Positions 52,020-64,000 are shown, numbered from the stretch's first letter. The stretch is DNA of 64,000 nt from Gammaproteobacteria bacterium (GCA_050298595.1 JBNKUM010000118.1:1-64000); one strand, 5' to 3'. The notes: generated by a model not told the origin, from the letters alone. A program made the numbers and translations.

Positions 52020-52880
52020 TTAAAGTTTGCGTAACTGATCTCGCGTATGCTTCGCATCTTTGAAAGAATCGTGTAGCGCTTCAGCATCATGCTCCCTGAT
52101 GGCTTTTGAGATCGAATCCAGTTCGCGCTGATAGCCTTCGATCAATTCCAGCAAAGCCTCGCTATTGGCCAGGCAGATATCACGCCACATCACCGGGTCG
52201 CTGGATGCAATACGGGTAAAGTCTCGAAAACCACCCGCAGCATAACTAAAGATCTCATCCTGATCACTCATCTTGGATAAATGTGATACCAGTGAAAAAG
52301 CCAACATATGTGGTAAATGTGAAGTAGCCGCAAGCACCCGGTCATGATGCTGCACATCCATGGATTCAACCTCTGCTGAACAGGCTAGCCACATATTACG
52401 CACGGTTTCCAGCGCATCGGCAGATGTCTCAGCTATGGGTGTTAGAATTATTTTCCGATTTTGATACAGGGTAGCAAAGCCCGCTTCAACACCACTGCGT
52501 TCAGTACCCGCGATAGGATGACCCGGTACAAAGCGTGCTACATTTTTGCCCAGGCGTGCTCTAGCACAATCAATGACGCTTGCTTTAGCACTTCCAACAT
52601 CGGTAATCACAGCAGTTTCTGAAATCGCATCTGCCAGTTCAGCAAACACAGCATCCATTGCTCCTAAAGGCACTGCAACCACAACCACATCAGCATCTTT
52701 AACCGCATCGGCGATCGTTGTTTGATAGTTATCCAGAACACCGAGTTGCACACCCAGCTTTAGATTTTCGACATTACGGCCATAACCGGTTACTTTTTTT
52801 ACATACCCAGCCTGTTTGAGAGCCAAAGCAAGCGAGCTGCCGATCAAACCAACACCGATTATGCTTAAATGATCAATCAT
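52020..52880 (-). CDS. tyrA: Prephenate/arogenate dehydrogenase
   Basis: GVGLIGSS, TDVGSAK, GHPIAGTE, SHLPH, GFRDFTRIA. Confidence 0.93.
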   Translation of the reverse strand: MIDHLSIIGVGLIGSSLALALKQAGYVKKVTGYGRNVENLKLGVQLGVLDNYQTTIADAVKDADVVVVAVPLGAMDAVFAELADAISETAVITDVGSAKASVIDCARARLGKNVARFVPGHPIAGTERSGVEAGFATLYQNRKIILTPIAETSADALETVRNMWLACSAEVESMDVQHHDRVLAATSHLPHMLAFSLVSHLSKMSDQDEIFSYAAGGFRDFTRIASSDPVMWRDICLANSEALLELIEGYQRELDSISKAIREHDAEALHDSFKDAKHTRDQLRKL

Positions 52881-52924
52881 TGGTTTTACATTCCAAATAG
52901 CTTAAAGATTCCTTCGCCCGCATG

Positions 52925-54031
52925 TTAAAGCGCAATTTTTGGATAAGAGCCGAGAATTTTGAATAGTGCCGCCTGCTTCTGCAAGCCTTCCAGAGCAATA
53001 GCCACATGCTCATCGTTTTGATGGCCATCAATATCGATAAAAAACACATAATCCCACAAACGATCTGGCGAGGGACGTGATTCAATCTTATTCATACTTA
53101 TTTTATTTTCCGCCAGAGGCGACAGCAGTGAGAGTAATGAACCCGGCTGGTTGCGCGTGGATAATAACAATGAAGTCTTATCGTGTCCGCTGGGTGCTAC
53201 TTCCATATCGCCTATCACCATGAAACGAGTAGTATTATTTACCATATCCTCAACATTTTTTGCACAAACCTTAAGCCCGACTATTTCAACAGCCTGAATA
53301 CCGCAAATTGCAGCTGCTGTTTTATCTTCGCTGGCCAGATGAGCAGCTTCAGAATTACTGTTTACAGGAATACGCTCTATGCCCGGATAATTCTGGTCAA
53401 GCCAGTTTCGACATTGGGCAAAAGATTGCTGGTGCGAGTATATCTTTTTTATATCAGCAGGATTCTGGCTAAGATTTGCTAATTGATGGTGAATACGGAT
53501 TTCAACTTCTCCACACACTTTAAGATCACTATGTAAAAACATATCCAGAGTATGGCTGATTACACCTTCAGTAGAGTTCTCCACTGGTACCAGCCCGAAG
53601 TCTGCATGCCCGGCTTCGACCGCATTAAAAACATCAGGAATACAACTTAAAGCCACTGTATCGACCGAGTGACCAAAGTGTTTTAACGCAGCAGCCTGAG
53701 TGAAAGTTCCCTCAGGTCCCAGATAGGCGATACGCAAAGGTTGTTCAAGAGCAAGGCAGGCTGACATCACTTCGCGTATCAGGCGCCCAGCCTCTTTATC
53801 GCTAAGCGGTCCCTGATTCAATTGTTTCAGGCGATTGATCACCTGAACTTCACGATCAGGGCGAAAAAAATCCAGAGCCTCACCGTCCTTCAGCTCGGCT
53901 TTTTTTGCTTCAGCCACCTGGATAGCGTACTGCGCGCGTTGGTTAAATAACTTTAATAATTGCTCATCGATTTCATCGATGCGCTGTCGTAAGCTGAGTA
54001 AATCAGGAGTTGAATCGGTTTTTTGGGACAT
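52925..54031 (-). CDS. pheA: Chorismate mutase / prephenate dehydratase
   Basis: LRQRIDEID, YLGPEGTF, PVENSTEG, NTTRF, IESRPS. Confidence 0.97.
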   Translation of the reverse strand: MSQKTDSTPDLLSLRQRIDEIDEQLLKLFNQRAQYAIQVAEAKKAELKDGEALDFFRPDREVQVINRLKQLNQGPLSDKEAGRLIREVMSACLALEQPLRIAYLGPEGTFTQAAALKHFGHSVDTVALSCIPDVFNAVEAGHADFGLVPVENSTEGVISHTLDMFLHSDLKVCGEVEIRIHHQLANLSQNPADIKKIYSHQQSFAQCRNWLDQNYPGIERIPVNSNSEAAHLASEDKTAAAICGIQAVEIVGLKVCAKNVEDMVNNTTRFMVIGDMEVAPSGHDKTSLLLSTRNQPGSLLSLLSPLAENKISMNKIESRPSPDRLWDYVFFIDIDGHQNDEHVAIALEGLQKQAALFKILGSYPKIAL

Positions 54032-55194
54032 CAGATAATACGTACTGCCAGTACACCTTTGATTTGTTTTATTTGTTCAGCCACTGAAGCATCAATGGTT
54101 TTATCCAGATCCATCACAGTATATGCAATATCCTTACGTGACTCATTCACCATATGGTGGATGTTAATATTGTTCGCACCGAGAATATGTGAAATCTGCC
54201 CAACCATATCCGGCATATTCTGATTTACAACGGTAAGACGAAAATCGGTAGCCCTTGCCAACTGAACCTCGGGAAAATTTACCGAATTAGTAACATTCCC
54301 ATTTTCCAGATAATCACGTATCTGATCAGCCACCATAATCGCACAATTCTGTTCGGCTTCATGGGTTGAGGCACCCAGATGCGGTAGCATAATCACACCC
54401 TTTTTCCCTTTTAGCAGGTTTGAAGGAAAGTCAGAGACATAGGCCTGCAAATGATCCGATGCCAGTGAATCCAGTACCGCCTGATCATCGACGATACCAT
54501 CTCGAGAAAAATTTAAAATCACGCCACCCTTTTTCATCATCGCAAGACGTTCAGCATTGATAATATTTTTTGTTGCCGGGATTAACGGCACATGCAAGGA
54601 GATAAAATCCACCTTGGTCATCATACTATCAACGCTACTGGTTGCTTTTACATCAGCGGACAGGTTCCAGGCGCTTTTTACGCTAATACCAGGATCATAA
54701 CCAATTACCTTCATACCCAGAGATCGAGCCACATTTGCTACCTTGACCCCTATCGCACCCAGACCAATAACACCTAATGTACGACCTGGTAATTCGTAGC
54801 CTACGTATTTTTTCTTTCCTTCTTCAACCTGTTTCGATATCGCTACATCATCGCCTTTCAACTGACTGGTATATTCCCAGGCCTGGCATAGATTACGACA
54901 GGCAAGCAACATACCTGCAACCACTAGCTCCTTTACTGCATTGGCATTCGCGCCGGGTGCATTGAATACAGCCACCCCGCGTTCGCTCATTTTTTCCAGT
55001 GGAATATTATTAACCCCGGCACCAGCTCGACCTACTGCTACGAGTGAAGACGGGATTTCCATATCATGCATCTTGAAAGATCGCAGTAAGATTGCATCAG
55101 GCTCAGAACATTCAGATGAAACCTCGTAGTCTCCGCGAGGTAAACGTTCCAGACCCTGAGCCGAGATATTATTCAGAGTTAATATTTTTTTCAT
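54031..55194 (-). CDS. serA: D-3-phosphoglycerate dehydrogenase with C-terminal ACT domain
   Basis: RAGAGVNNI, GLGAIG, PHLGAST; lies next to serC. Confidence 0.9.
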   Translation of the reverse strand: MKKILTLNNISAQGLERLPRGDYEVSSECSEPDAILLRSFKMHDMEIPSSLVAVGRAGAGVNNIPLEKMSERGVAVFNAPGANANAVKELVVAGMLLACRNLCQAWEYTSQLKGDDVAISKQVEEGKKKYVGYELPGRTLGVIGLGAIGVKVANVARSLGMKVIGYDPGISVKSAWNLSADVKATSSVDSMMTKVDFISLHVPLIPATKNIINAERLAMMKKGGVILNFSRDGIVDDQAVLDSLASDHLQAYVSDFPSNLLKGKKGVIMLPHLGASTHEAEQNCAIMVADQIRDYLENGNVTNSVNFPEVQLARATDFRLTVVNQNMPDMVGQISHILGANNINIHHMVNESRKDIAYTVMDLDKTIDASVAEQIKQIKGVLAVRII

Positions 55195-55205
55195 TGGACT
55201 AATCC

Positions 55206-56288
55206 TTATCCATTGCGATTGGAGAAATCTTTCATGAACTCAATCAGAGTATCCACACCCTCTTCTGGCATTGCATTATAGATACTGGCTCGCATGCCAC
55301 CCACTGAACGATGTCCTTTTAGAGTCACCAGACCCGCTTCCTTCGCTTCAGACAGGAAGGCAGCGTCCAGTTCTGAATTTTTCAGCACGAAAGGTACATT
55401 CATCCAGGAACGATTTTCCACCCTGACAGGGTTGGAGTAAAAATCATTTCCATCAATAGCAGCATATAACTTTTGTGCCTTACGCTGATTTACTTCACCC
55501 ATTGCGCTTAATCCACCATTCTTTTTCAACCACTGAAATACCAGACCGGAAAGATACCAGGCATAGGTGGGAGGTGTGTTGTACATCGATTCGTTTTCAG
55601 CATAGGTCGCATAATTCAGCATAGCCGGGCAGCTATCAGTGGCAGAACCTATCAGATCATCACGAACAATGGCTATGGTTAAACCGGCAGGTCCGATATT
55701 CTTCTGTGCTCCCGCATAAATAATACCGTATTTGGTGACATCTACTGGACGCGAAAGAATAGTAGATGACATATCTGCAACAATCGGTACATCACCTGTA
55801 TCAGGTAATCCATCAAACTCTACACCGCCGATAGTTTCGTTTGGCGTGATATGGACATAGGCGGCATCACTGGATAAGGTCCAGTCAGCATAATCGGGCA
55901 CAGAATTAAAACCATCCGCTTCAGAGCTTGCACAGATATTGACTTCTCCATAACGCTTACCTTCAGAGATCGCCTTCCTGGACCAGGCCCCAGTGTTACT
56001 ATAATCCGCTTTACCAGTGCGCCCCATCAAATTTAACGGTACCATAGCAAATTGAGTGCTTGCTCCACCTTGCAGAAACAGCACTTTATAGTTATCAGGA
56101 ATAGACATTAACTCTCGTAAATCCTTTTCAGCAGTGCTGGCAATGCCCATAAACTCCTTGCCACGATGACTCATTTCCATCACCGACATACCACATCCCT
56201 GCCAGTCAATCAGTTCCTCTTGTGCCTGTTGCAATACTTCAGCCGGCAACACAGCCGGACCTGCACTGAAATTAAACACTTTTGCCAT
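55206..56288 (-). CDS. serC: Phosphoserine aminotransferase
   Basis: [39 protein letters not shown]. Confidence 0.98.
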   Translation of the reverse strand: MAKVFNFSAGPAVLPAEVLQQAQEELIDWQGCGMSVMEMSHRGKEFMGIASTAEKDLRELMSIPDNYKVLFLQGGASTQFAMVPLNLMGRTGKADYSNTGAWSRKAISEGKRYGEVNICASSEADGFNSVPDYADWTLSSDAAYVHITPNETIGGVEFDGLPDTGDVPIVADMSSTILSRPVDVTKYGIIYAGAQKNIGPAGLTIAIVRDDLIGSATDSCPAMLNYATYAENESMYNTPPTYAWYLSGLVFQWLKKNGGLSAMGEVNQRKAQKLYAAIDGNDFYSNPVRVENRSWMNVPFVLKNSELDAAFLSEAKEAGLVTLKGHRSVGGMRASIYNAMPEEGVDTLIEFMKDFSNRNG

Positions 56289-56388
56289 TCTCTTTTCCCA
56301 TTGAGTTAAAAAGTTTAAAGTTTCCCTCTGCTACCAGTTGAGTAAAAAATAAAACTCAGCGCTATTCGAAAAGGGTGTATTAGTGAAT

Positions 56389-58953
56389 CTATTCTTCGCC
56401 AGCATCTCCGTTCTCTTCATCGTCGGTGGCAACAGGCTCAATTTGAACCAGTTTTTCATCTTTGCTAAGACGTATCAGGGTGACACCCTGAGTATTACGC
56501 GACATGACTGAAATATCTGAAACTGGGGTACGCACCAGAGTACCGGCATTACTGATCAACATGACTTCATCTTCATCACTGGCAAGAATAGCGCCAACTA
56601 CCTTTCCGTTTCTATCGCTAGTCTGGATTGAAATCACGCCCTGGCCACCACGCCCCTGACGGGAGAAATCTGACACTATGGTACGTTTTCCAAAACCGTT
56701 TTCAGTAGCAAACAGTATGGTATTTTCTACTTCAGGTTGAACTGCGATCAATGAGATCACCTGATCGTCAGGTTTAATCCGAATACCGCGTACACCCGCT
56801 GCAGTACGGCCCATGGCGCGTACACCCTGTTCGGGGAAGCGTATACCCTTACCAGAAGCGGTAAACATCATCAGGTCTTTTTCACCGTGAGTGAGTTGTA
56901 CACCCACCAGACTATCATCATCGCGCAGGTCAATCGCAATAATGCCATTTGTTCTGGGGCGGGAGAAACTGGAAAGTGGCGTACGTTTTACCGTACCGCT
57001 AGTAGTAGCGAAAAAGATAAAATCACTTTCTGGATAATCACGTACCGGCAGTATAGCGGTAATGCGTTCATTTTCTTCCAGCGGTAACAGGTTAACCATA
57101 GGACGACCACGTGCCGTTCTGGAACCAATAGGTAACTGATAAACCTTTAGCCAGTAAACCTTGCCAAGTGTGGAGAAACATAACAGCGTATCGTGAGTAG
57201 AAGCGATAAACATCTTTTCGATAAAATCTTCATCCTTAACCTTAGTGGCTGCTTTGCCGCGCCCACCTCTTTTTTGGGCCGTATAGGCCTCTAAAGGCTG
57301 CGCCTTTGCGTAGCCAGCATGACTTAAGGTCACCACGACTTCTTCATCATTGATTAAATCTTCAACCGTCAAATCCTGCTGATCAATAACGATTTCTGTA
57401 CGTCGTGGATCGGCAAACTGTTCTTTGGCTGAGAGTAATTCAATACGGATTTCGGACATCAGGCGCTCTTCGCGATTCAGGATATCCAGTAAGTCTTCAA
57501 TCTTTTCCAGGATTTCGCGGTACTCGCTGATAATTTTTTCCTGCTCTAAACCAGTCAGCTTGTGCAGCCTTAAATCCAGAATCGACTGAGCCTGTTTTTC
57601 AGTCAGGTGGTAGGCATTGTCATTCAGACCGAATTCAGTCCCCAGCCCATCTGGGCGTGATGCTGCAGAACCGGCACGCAATAACATGTCATTGACCAGT
57701 CCAGGCGCCCAGGCACGTTCCAGTAAGGATGCCTTTGCAACCGCAGGACTAGGAGATTTTTTGATCAATTCGATAATTTCATCGATATTGGACAGGGCAA
57801 CCGCCAGACCTTCTAACAGATGCGCACGTTCACGCGCCTTACGTAAATCATAAATGGTTCTACGGGTAACGATTTCACGACGATGACGGATAAAGGCATG
57901 CAGGATCTGACTCAGATTCAACAAACGCGGCTGGCCATCGACCAAAGCCACCATATTGATACCAAATACATTTTGTAATTGAGTTTGCTGGTACAGGTTA
58001 TTCAGAATCACATCGGCGATTTCACCTCGACGTAATTCGATTACCATGCGCATACCGTCCTTATCAGACTCATCACGTAGGCCGGTGATTCCTTCTATTT
58101 TCTTTTCTTTAACAAGCTCAGCAATCTTTTCCAGCAAACGCGCCTTGTTCACCTGATAAGGTAACTCATGCACGATAATACTTAGCTTACCGGACTTCTC
58201 ATCTTCTTCTATCTCAGTACGAGCTCGCAGGTAAATTCTGCCACGGCCTGTTCGATAGGCCTCACGTATGCCACGCGCACCGTTGATGAAGGCAGCAGTT
58301 GGGAAATCGGGCCCAGGAATACATTCCATTAACTGTTCAACGGTTGCATCGGGTTGATCAACCAGCAATACACAGGCATCAATCACTTCACCCAGATTAT
58401 GCGGTGGGATATTAGTCGCCATACCCACGGCGATACCGGATGAACCATTCACCAGTAGATTAGGAATTTTGGTTGGCAGAACTGAGGGTTCTGACTCTGA
58501 TTCATCATAGTTAGGAATGAAATCAACGGTTTCCTTTTCCAGGTCGGCCAGCAACTCGTGCGCAATCTTGGACATACGGACTTCTGTATATCGCATTGCA
58601 GCAGGCGAATCACCATCCACCGAACCAAAGTTACCCTGACCATCAATCAGCATATGACGTAAGGAAAATGGCTGTGCCATACGTACTATCGTATCGTACA
58701 CTGCAGTATCACCATGCGGGTGATATTTACCGATTACATCACCCACAACACGGGCAGATTTCTTGTAAGGTTTATTCCAGTCATTGCCCAGTTCGCTCAT
58801 CGCGAACAGCACTCTTCGATGCACCGGTTTCAAGCCATCGCGTACATCAGGAAGAGCACGACCAACGATGACACTCATGGCGTATTCAAGATACGACTGG
58901 CGCATCTCATCTTCAAGGTTTACGGGAAAGATTTCCTTTGCTATATCAGCCAT
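56389..58953 (-). CDS. gyrA: DNA gyrase subunit A
   Basis: [21 protein letters not shown], GyrA-box QKRGGRG. Confidence 0.98.
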   Translation of the reverse strand: MADIAKEIFPVNLEDEMRQSYLEYAMSVIVGRALPDVRDGLKPVHRRVLFAMSELGNDWNKPYKKSARVVGDVIGKYHPHGDTAVYDTIVRMAQPFSLRHMLIDGQGNFGSVDGDSPAAMRYTEVRMSKIAHELLADLEKETVDFIPNYDESESEPSVLPTKIPNLLVNGSSGIAVGMATNIPPHNLGEVIDACVLLVDQPDATVEQLMECIPGPDFPTAAFINGARGIREAYRTGRGRIYLRARTEIEEDEKSGKLSIIVHELPYQVNKARLLEKIAELVKEKKIEGITGLRDESDKDGMRMVIELRRGEIADVILNNLYQQTQLQNVFGINMVALVDGQPRLLNLSQILHAFIRHRREIVTRRTIYDLRKARERAHLLEGLAVALSNIDEIIELIKKSPSPAVAKASLLERAWAPGLVNDMLLRAGSAASRPDGLGTEFGLNDNAYHLTEKQAQSILDLRLHKLTGLEQEKIISEYREILEKIEDLLDILNREERLMSEIRIELLSAKEQFADPRRTEIVIDQQDLTVEDLINDEEVVVTLSHAGYAKAQPLEAYTAQKRGGRGKAATKVKDEDFIEKMFIASTHDTLLCFSTLGKVYWLKVYQLPIGSRTARGRPMVNLLPLEENERITAILPVRDYPESDFIFFATTSGTVKRTPLSSFSRPRTNGIIAIDLRDDDSLVGVQLTHGEKDLMMFTASGKGIRFPEQGVRAMGRTAAGVRGIRIKPDDQVISLIAVQPEVENTILFATENGFGKRTIVSDFSRQGRGGQGVISIQTSDRNGKVVGAILASDEDEVMLISNAGTLVRTPVSDISVMSRNTQGVTLIRLSKDEKLVQIEPVATDDEENGDAGEE

Positions 58954-59231
58954 TCAAACAGTTTCTCATGTGGGGTTACAGCCTAAGCCAGATTGCAGTC
59001 TGAGCGATACATCAACCCGATAATCGGGTCGTGCTTGGCATCAAATTGGGATGATTTGATGAAATAAAAATGATTGGAATTGATAATATTTATTGCTAAT
59101 TCGCCAGACGTTAAACTGTGCTAGCGGCTCCATATTTTTGATTTGAGCGATTTTAACACACACCCTGACAAAACCACTAGTCCAATAAACGCCGCTTACA
59201 GCCCATTTAGGGGTGATTTATCCAAAATTTG

Positions 59232-60251
59232 TTAAAATAAGTCCTTCATTTTGTTTTTGTCAGGCTGCATAACGATACCCTTCTCTGTGACGATGGCTGT
59301 CACCAGACTTGCCGGGGTCACATCGAACACTGGATTCCAGGCATCTACCCTGCTCTGATCGGTATAATACTGACCCAGAATCTCATCCTGGCCGCGCTGT
59401 TCTATCTCGACCTGATCACCACTTTCGGTCACCATATCGACTGTAGTAATAGGGGCAACCACCATCATGGAAACCCCGTAATGCTGTGCCATCACAGCCA
59501 GGTTATTGGTGCCGACCTTATTAATAACATCTCCGTTGGCACAGATTCGATCTGCGCCGACTATGACCCAGTCGATTTTCATCTGTGCAAATAAAGAAGA
59601 AGCCGCGCCTTCAATGATGACCGAAACAGGGATATCATCTTCAGCCAGCTCCCAGGCTGTTAATCGAAGGCCCTGTAACCAGGGCCGGGTTTCTGATGCA
59701 AACACTCGATCCAGACGCTTTTCATACCAGGCACTTCTAATAACGCCCAGAGCGGTGCCATAACCCGCTGTAGCCAGAGCTCCCGCATTACAATGTGTTA
59801 GCACCCTGCTTCCCGGTTTGATAAGGCTTGCACCTAGCTGGCCCATGGCCAGATTATCATCCAGATCCTGCTGATGTATGCGTCTCGCATTATCCAGCAA
59901 TGCCTGTTGCATATTCTCGCACTGGTTGTCGAGTACCTGGCGCTGCTGCTGTACCGCCCAGCTTAGATTAACAGCTGTGGGTCGTGCATCATTTAATAAC
60001 ACCAATGCCTGTTCAAAATCATAACTCGAGTCCCGCAACCACTGACGATATCCCAGACAGACCGCATACGCGGCAGTAATGCCTATAGCAGGTGCGCCTC
60101 GAACCACCAGATCTTTAATCGCCTGCGCCGCTTGCTCCAGCGTGTTACACACAAGATTCTCCATCTGCTGGGGAAGCTTACGCTGATCGATTAGTATAAG
60201 ACTGTCATTCGACCAGCTGATCGGTGAGATTTTGGATGGATGTGTAGACAT
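59232..60251 (-). CDS. mtnA: Methylthioribose-1-phosphate isomerase
   Basis: VRGAPAIG, RPTAVNL, THCNAG, ETRP, NPVFDVTP. Confidence 0.96.
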   Translation of the reverse strand: MSTHPSKISPISWSNDSLILIDQRKLPQQMENLVCNTLEQAAQAIKDLVVRGAPAIGITAAYAVCLGYRQWLRDSSYDFEQALVLLNDARPTAVNLSWAVQQQRQVLDNQCENMQQALLDNARRIHQQDLDDNLAMGQLGASLIKPGSRVLTHCNAGALATAGYGTALGVIRSAWYEKRLDRVFASETRPWLQGLRLTAWELAEDDIPVSVIIEGAASSLFAQMKIDWVIVGADRICANGDVINKVGTNNLAVMAQHYGVSMMVVAPITTVDMVTESGDQVEIEQRGQDEILGQYYTDQSRVDAWNPVFDVTPASLVTAIVTEKGIVMQPDKNKMKDLF

Positions 60252-60338
60252 GATTTAACCGGGCTAAAAATCGCGTATTATACGTTTAAAATGTCCCGTG
60301 ACATTGCACAATATTCATTTTCGTCATAAGGTTCGCGC

Positions 60339-61658
60339 ATGAAAACCCTAACCATCATAAAAGCCCGCTGGATTTTGACCGTTAACCCGCAGTTTGAACT
60401 ACTGGAGCATGCTGCGCTGGTGATAGATGGTGATGAGATTCAACGCATTCTACCTGCAGACGAGCTCCAGCCTCAGGAGCTGGATCAGGCTGAAGTGTTT
60501 GAACTGGAAAACCACGTACTAATGCCGGGCCTGGTCAATACTCATACTCATGCAGCGATGAGCCTGATGCGCGGTATCGCCGATGACCTACCTTTAATGG
60601 AATGGTTGAATGATCATATCTGGCCGGTTGAAAGGCGTTGGGTGGACCGAGAGTTTATTGAGGATGGTATTAAGCTAGCCGTTGCAGAAATGGTGCGCGG
60701 TGGCACGACCTGTTTTAACGATATGTATTTCTTCCCCGATGTAATGGCCAAAACCTGTCAACAGATGGGCATGCGTGCCACAGCAGGTCTGATCGTACTG
60801 GATTTCCCAACCATGTGGGCGCAATCTGCCGATGAATATCTGAGCAAGGCATTGACGGTACTCGACGAGATACACGAATTTCCATTAATCTCTTCAGCAC
60901 TTGCCCCACATGCGCCCTATACCGTTTCTGATGAACCCTTAAAGAAAATAGCCATGTACAGCAACGAACTCGACTTACCCGTTCACATACATGTACACGA
61001 AACCCAGTTCGAGATCGACGAAGCGGTAAAAAATAGCGGCATGCGGCCACTAGAAAGGCTGGATCAGCTAGGCCTGCTCACCCCCAACCTGATGGCTGTC
61101 CACATGACCAGCATTAATGAAATGGAGCTGGAACGCCTGGCCGAAACCGGGGTAAATATCGTGCATTGCCCAGAATCTAACCTGAAACTGGCAAGCGGCT
61201 TCTGCCCGGTTAGCAAGTTGCAACAGCAAAACAGCAATGTCTGCCTGGGTACCGATGGCGCTGCCAGCAATAATGATCTGGATATGTTTGGCGAAATGCG
61301 TAGCGCTGCACTTTTGGCCAAAGGCATATCCGGTGATGCTAGTAGCTGTAACGCTGAGCAGAGCGTACGTATGGCAACCATTAATGGGGCCAAAGCACTG
61401 GGGTTGAATAAAAAAATCGGCTCACTTGAAGTCGGCAAGAAAGCCGACATGATAGCGGTCGACTTTTCACAGATAAACAGTCAACCCATCTACGACCCGG
61501 TCGCCCAACTGGTGTATTCCTGCAACAGCCTGCAGGTTTCGCATGTATGGATAAACGGTATCAACAAACTCAACAACTATCAACTTACCGATATAGATGC
61601 GGTAGAAATCATTTCAAAAGCCCAACAGTGGCAGCAAAAAATCTCAGATAATTCATGA
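60339..61658 (+). CDS. mtaD: TRZ/ATZ-family amidohydrolase (MTA/SAH deaminase-like)
   Basis: PGLVNTHTH, PHAPY, HVHET, HCPESNLKLASG, GTDGAASNN; mtnA/ubiG context. Confidence 0.85.
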   Translation: MKTLTIIKARWILTVNPQFELLEHAALVIDGDEIQRILPADELQPQELDQAEVFELENHVLMPGLVNTHTHAAMSLMRGIADDLPLMEWLNDHIWPVERRWVDREFIEDGIKLAVAEMVRGGTTCFNDMYFFPDVMAKTCQQMGMRATAGLIVLDFPTMWAQSADEYLSKALTVLDEIHEFPLISSALAPHAPYTVSDEPLKKIAMYSNELDLPVHIHVHETQFEIDEAVKNSGMRPLERLDQLGLLTPNLMAVHMTSINEMELERLAETGVNIVHCPESNLKLASGFCPVSKLQQQNSNVCLGTDGAASNNDLDMFGEMRSAALLAKGISGDASSCNAEQSVRMATINGAKALGLNKKIGSLEVGKKADMIAVDFSQINSQPIYDPVAQLVYSCNSLQVSHVWINGINKLNNYQLTDIDAVEIISKAQQWQQKISDNS

Positions 61659-62359
61659 ATACACAAAATGTCGATCACGCTGAAGTTGAAAAATTTCAGT
61701 CTATAGCCAGTCGCTGGTGGGATACCGAAAGCGAATTCAAAACCCTGCATGATATCAATCCCCTGCGCATCAATTATATTGAACAGCAATGCGGCGGACT
61801 GGAAGGCAAAAAGGTCCTGGACATAGGCTGCGGTGGCGGCATTCTATCAGAAGCCATGGCAGCAAAAGGCGCCATAGTAACAGGAATAGATATGGCGGAA
61901 TTGTCGCTTGATGTTGCGCGTATGCATTTAATGGAATCTGGCCTTAAGGTGGACTATCAGAAAATCACAGCTGAAGAATTCTGTGCTCTTCATACTCATC
62001 AATTCGATGTGGTTACCTGCATGGAATTACTTGAGCATGTACCTCAGCCATTATCCATAATCAATGCAGCCGCTCACTCACTAAAGCCAGAAGGCAGTAT
62101 GGTTTTATCCACGCTAAATAGAAATCCTAAATCCTATCTGCTGGCTATAGTCGGTGCCGAATACATCATGAAGATGCTGCCCAAAGGCACCCACGATTAC
62201 AATAAATTCATCAAGCCCTCAGAGCTTGCGCGAGCAGTTCGAGAATCGGGTATGGAAGTACAGGATGTCAGCGGCATGAGCTACCACCCCATTACCCGAC
62301 AATACAGTCTGAGTCGTGATGTAGATGTCAACTACCTGATGTCCTGTCGCCACAGATAA
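61655..62359 (+). CDS. ubiG: Ubiquinone biosynthesis O-methyltransferase
   Basis: WWD, LHDINPLR, LDIGCGGGILSE, GTHDYNKFIKP. Confidence 0.97.
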   Translation: MNTQNVDHAEVEKFQSIASRWWDTESEFKTLHDINPLRINYIEQQCGGLEGKKVLDIGCGGGILSEAMAAKGAIVTGIDMAELSLDVARMHLMESGLKVDYQKITAEEFCALHTHQFDVVTCMELLEHVPQPLSIINAAAHSLKPEGSMVLSTLNRNPKSYLLAIVGAEYIMKMLPKGTHDYNKFIKPSELARAVRESGMEVQDVSGMSYHPITRQYSLSRDVDVNYLMSCRHR

Positions 62360-62365
62360 CTCCCT

Positions 62366-63016
62366 ATGACGATTCAGGCTATTTTATTCGACCTGGACGG
62401 CACCCTGGTCGATACAGCTCCCGATTTAGCGGTTGCACTAAATCACGTCGTGGCTGAAGAAGGGCTAGCCACCCTGCCGCTAGAAGAAATACGCCCGCAT
62501 GTTTCACGCGGCGGGCTGGCACTCATCCAGCTGGCATTCCAGCAACATCGTCAGGAACATGAACTTGAGCCCCTGCGCTTGCGTCTGCTGAACTATTATC
62601 TGGAGCATATCGCGGATCACTCGCGCCTGTTTGATGGTTTTGAATCGGTACTTGAAACTCTGGAAAACAATTCGATCCCCTGGGGCATAGTCACCAATAA
62701 ACCGGGCTGGCTCACCCAACCTTTATTAGTAGCATTAAAACTCGACCAACGCTCCGCTGTTACGATCTCTGCCGACACCACAGCACAAAAGAAACCGCAT
62801 CCTTTGCCGCTGACCACCGCAGCTGAGTTAATCAATGTTGATTGCAAAAACTGCCTGTATATTGGTGACGACCCACGCGATATTACTGCAGGTAACGCGG
62901 CTGAAATGATTACAGTCATCGCAAAATACGGCTATATAAGTGAGAATGCAGATCTGGACCAATGGCAGGCGCAACACCACATCGATTCTCCACAGCAAAT
63001 TCTTGAACTGATCTAA
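62366..63016 (+). CDS. HAD phosphatase (phosphoglycolate phosphatase / MupP-like)
   Basis: FDLDGTLVDTAPD, IVTNKP, KPHP, YIGDD. Confidence 0.9.
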   Translation: MTIQAILFDLDGTLVDTAPDLAVALNHVVAEEGLATLPLEEIRPHVSRGGLALIQLAFQQHRQEHELEPLRLRLLNYYLEHIADHSRLFDGFESVLETLENNSIPWGIVTNKPGWLTQPLLVALKLDQRSAVTISADTTAQKKPHPLPLTTAAELINVDCKNCLYIGDDPRDITAGNAAEMITVIAKYGYISENADLDQWQAQHHIDSPQQILELI

Positions 63017-63048
63017 AGCTTAATAAATTTTACACATCTAAAAACACT

Positions 63049-63792
63049 ATGAACACAGCAACCATACCCAAAGACTATCAACCCACAGATAACTGCCTGA
63101 AAGATAAGGTCATCCTGATTACCGGTGCCACTGGAGCGTATGGCAAAGCCATGTCATTGTCTTACGCCAGTCACGGAGCCACTGTGATCCTGCTCGGCAA
63201 AAATGTACGCCTGCTTGAAAACCTGTACGATGAAATCGAACAGGCAGGCTACCCCATGCCCGCCATCTACCCACTCAATCTTGAAGGGGCTACTGAAAAA
63301 GATTACTACGATATGGCGCAGAATATAGACAATGAATTCGGACGACTGGATGGACTGGTACATGCTGCTGGTATTCTGGGTGACCCTACCCCGTTCCAGC
63401 ATAGCGAAACAGAAGGCTGGTACAAGGTTATGCAGGTTAATCTGAATGGCCCGTATATGATGACCAAACATCTGATCGATTTATTCAAAAAGTCCGACCA
63501 TGCCTCACTAGTTTTTATGACCGATGTAAAAACAGGGGCTTACTGGGATGCCTATACGGTGAGTAAAAAGGCAGTCGATGGCCTGATGCAGAATCTTGCA
63601 GCGGAATACGAAGGTTCCAGTCTTTTCGTTAACAGCTTTAATCCTGGTCCATCAAAAACTGCACTGCATATTCGTGCCTTTCCTGCTTCAATGGAGAATG
63701 ATTCACTGCCTGAACCGAAACAGCATAAAGACCTGATGCTTTATCTGATGAGTGATGAGTTAGATCAATGTGGTGTTTGTTTTACGCCTTAA
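63049..63792 (+). CDS. YciK-like short-chain dehydrogenase
   Basis: ITGATGAYG, YTVSK; follows ubiG and the HAD gene as in many Gammaproteobacteria. Confidence 0.88.
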   Translation: MNTATIPKDYQPTDNCLKDKVILITGATGAYGKAMSLSYASHGATVILLGKNVRLLENLYDEIEQAGYPMPAIYPLNLEGATEKDYYDMAQNIDNEFGRLDGLVHAAGILGDPTPFQHSETEGWYKVMQVNLNGPYMMTKHLIDLFKKSDHASLVFMTDVKTGAYWDAYTVSKKAVDGLMQNLAAEYEGSSLFVNSFNPGPSKTALHIRAFPASMENDSLPEPKQHKDLMLYLMSDELDQCGVCFTP

Positions 63793-63886
63793 ACTAAGGG
63801 CATTAAAAAACCAAAGATATCCTGGTGTCGGAGTCTGTGATTATTTAAGGCTCAATGCTAAATCCTCATCTGCATTTTCAAGCACC

Positions 63887-64000
63887 TCAGTCCTCAATCT
63901 TTAAACGCTGGTGCCATTCCGCAAGTGACTCTTGCGGGTACTCCTCAAACATTTTGTCTGTTGGCCCGGCATGGACTTCAACCCATGAAGCCTTTGAGCC
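63887..64000 (-). CDS. C-terminal fragment of a probable GFA-family protein, running off the window
   Basis: Hand translation GSKASWVEVHAGPTDKMFEEYPQESLAEWHQRLKIED*. Confidence 0.6.
   Translation of the reverse strand, partial: GSKASWVEVHAGPTDKMFEEYPQESLAEWHQRLKIED

Overview
This is gammaproteobacterial DNA in two visibly different halves. The left half (1 to about 30.6 kb) is accessory. It holds a TonB-dependent receptor, two TetR regulators and a divergent 9-gene envelope cluster at 4527-17330. That cluster encodes three c-type heme proteins (one LamG-fused, one hydrazine-synthase-alpha-like), a Tat-exported DUF1501-like protein, two outer-membrane beta-barrels, a TlpA thioredoxin, DUF4266 and DUF3570. 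The left half also carries cysC, phoH, msrPQ, a GH84 hydrolase, c-di-GMP genes and three families of MITE-like palindromic elements. The right half (about 30.6-64 kb) is more AT-rich and holds an RND pump plus core housekeeping genes (ispD, ftsB, eno, kdsA, pyrG, cmoAB, galU, tilS, accA, pyrF, lapB, ihfB, rpsA, cmk, aroA, tyrA, pheA, serA, serC, gyrA, mtnA, mtaD, ubiG). The halves meet inside a single 1573-aa ORF that joins an RND permease to a GGDEF cyclase exactly at an (EP)5 repeat, which is either a remarkable fusion or an assembly chimera. The best candidate for an uncharacterised system is the heme/porin/thiol-redox envelope cluster at 4527-17330. No rRNA, tRNA, CRISPR array or transposase was seen. 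Family assignments come from motif recognition, not database searches.
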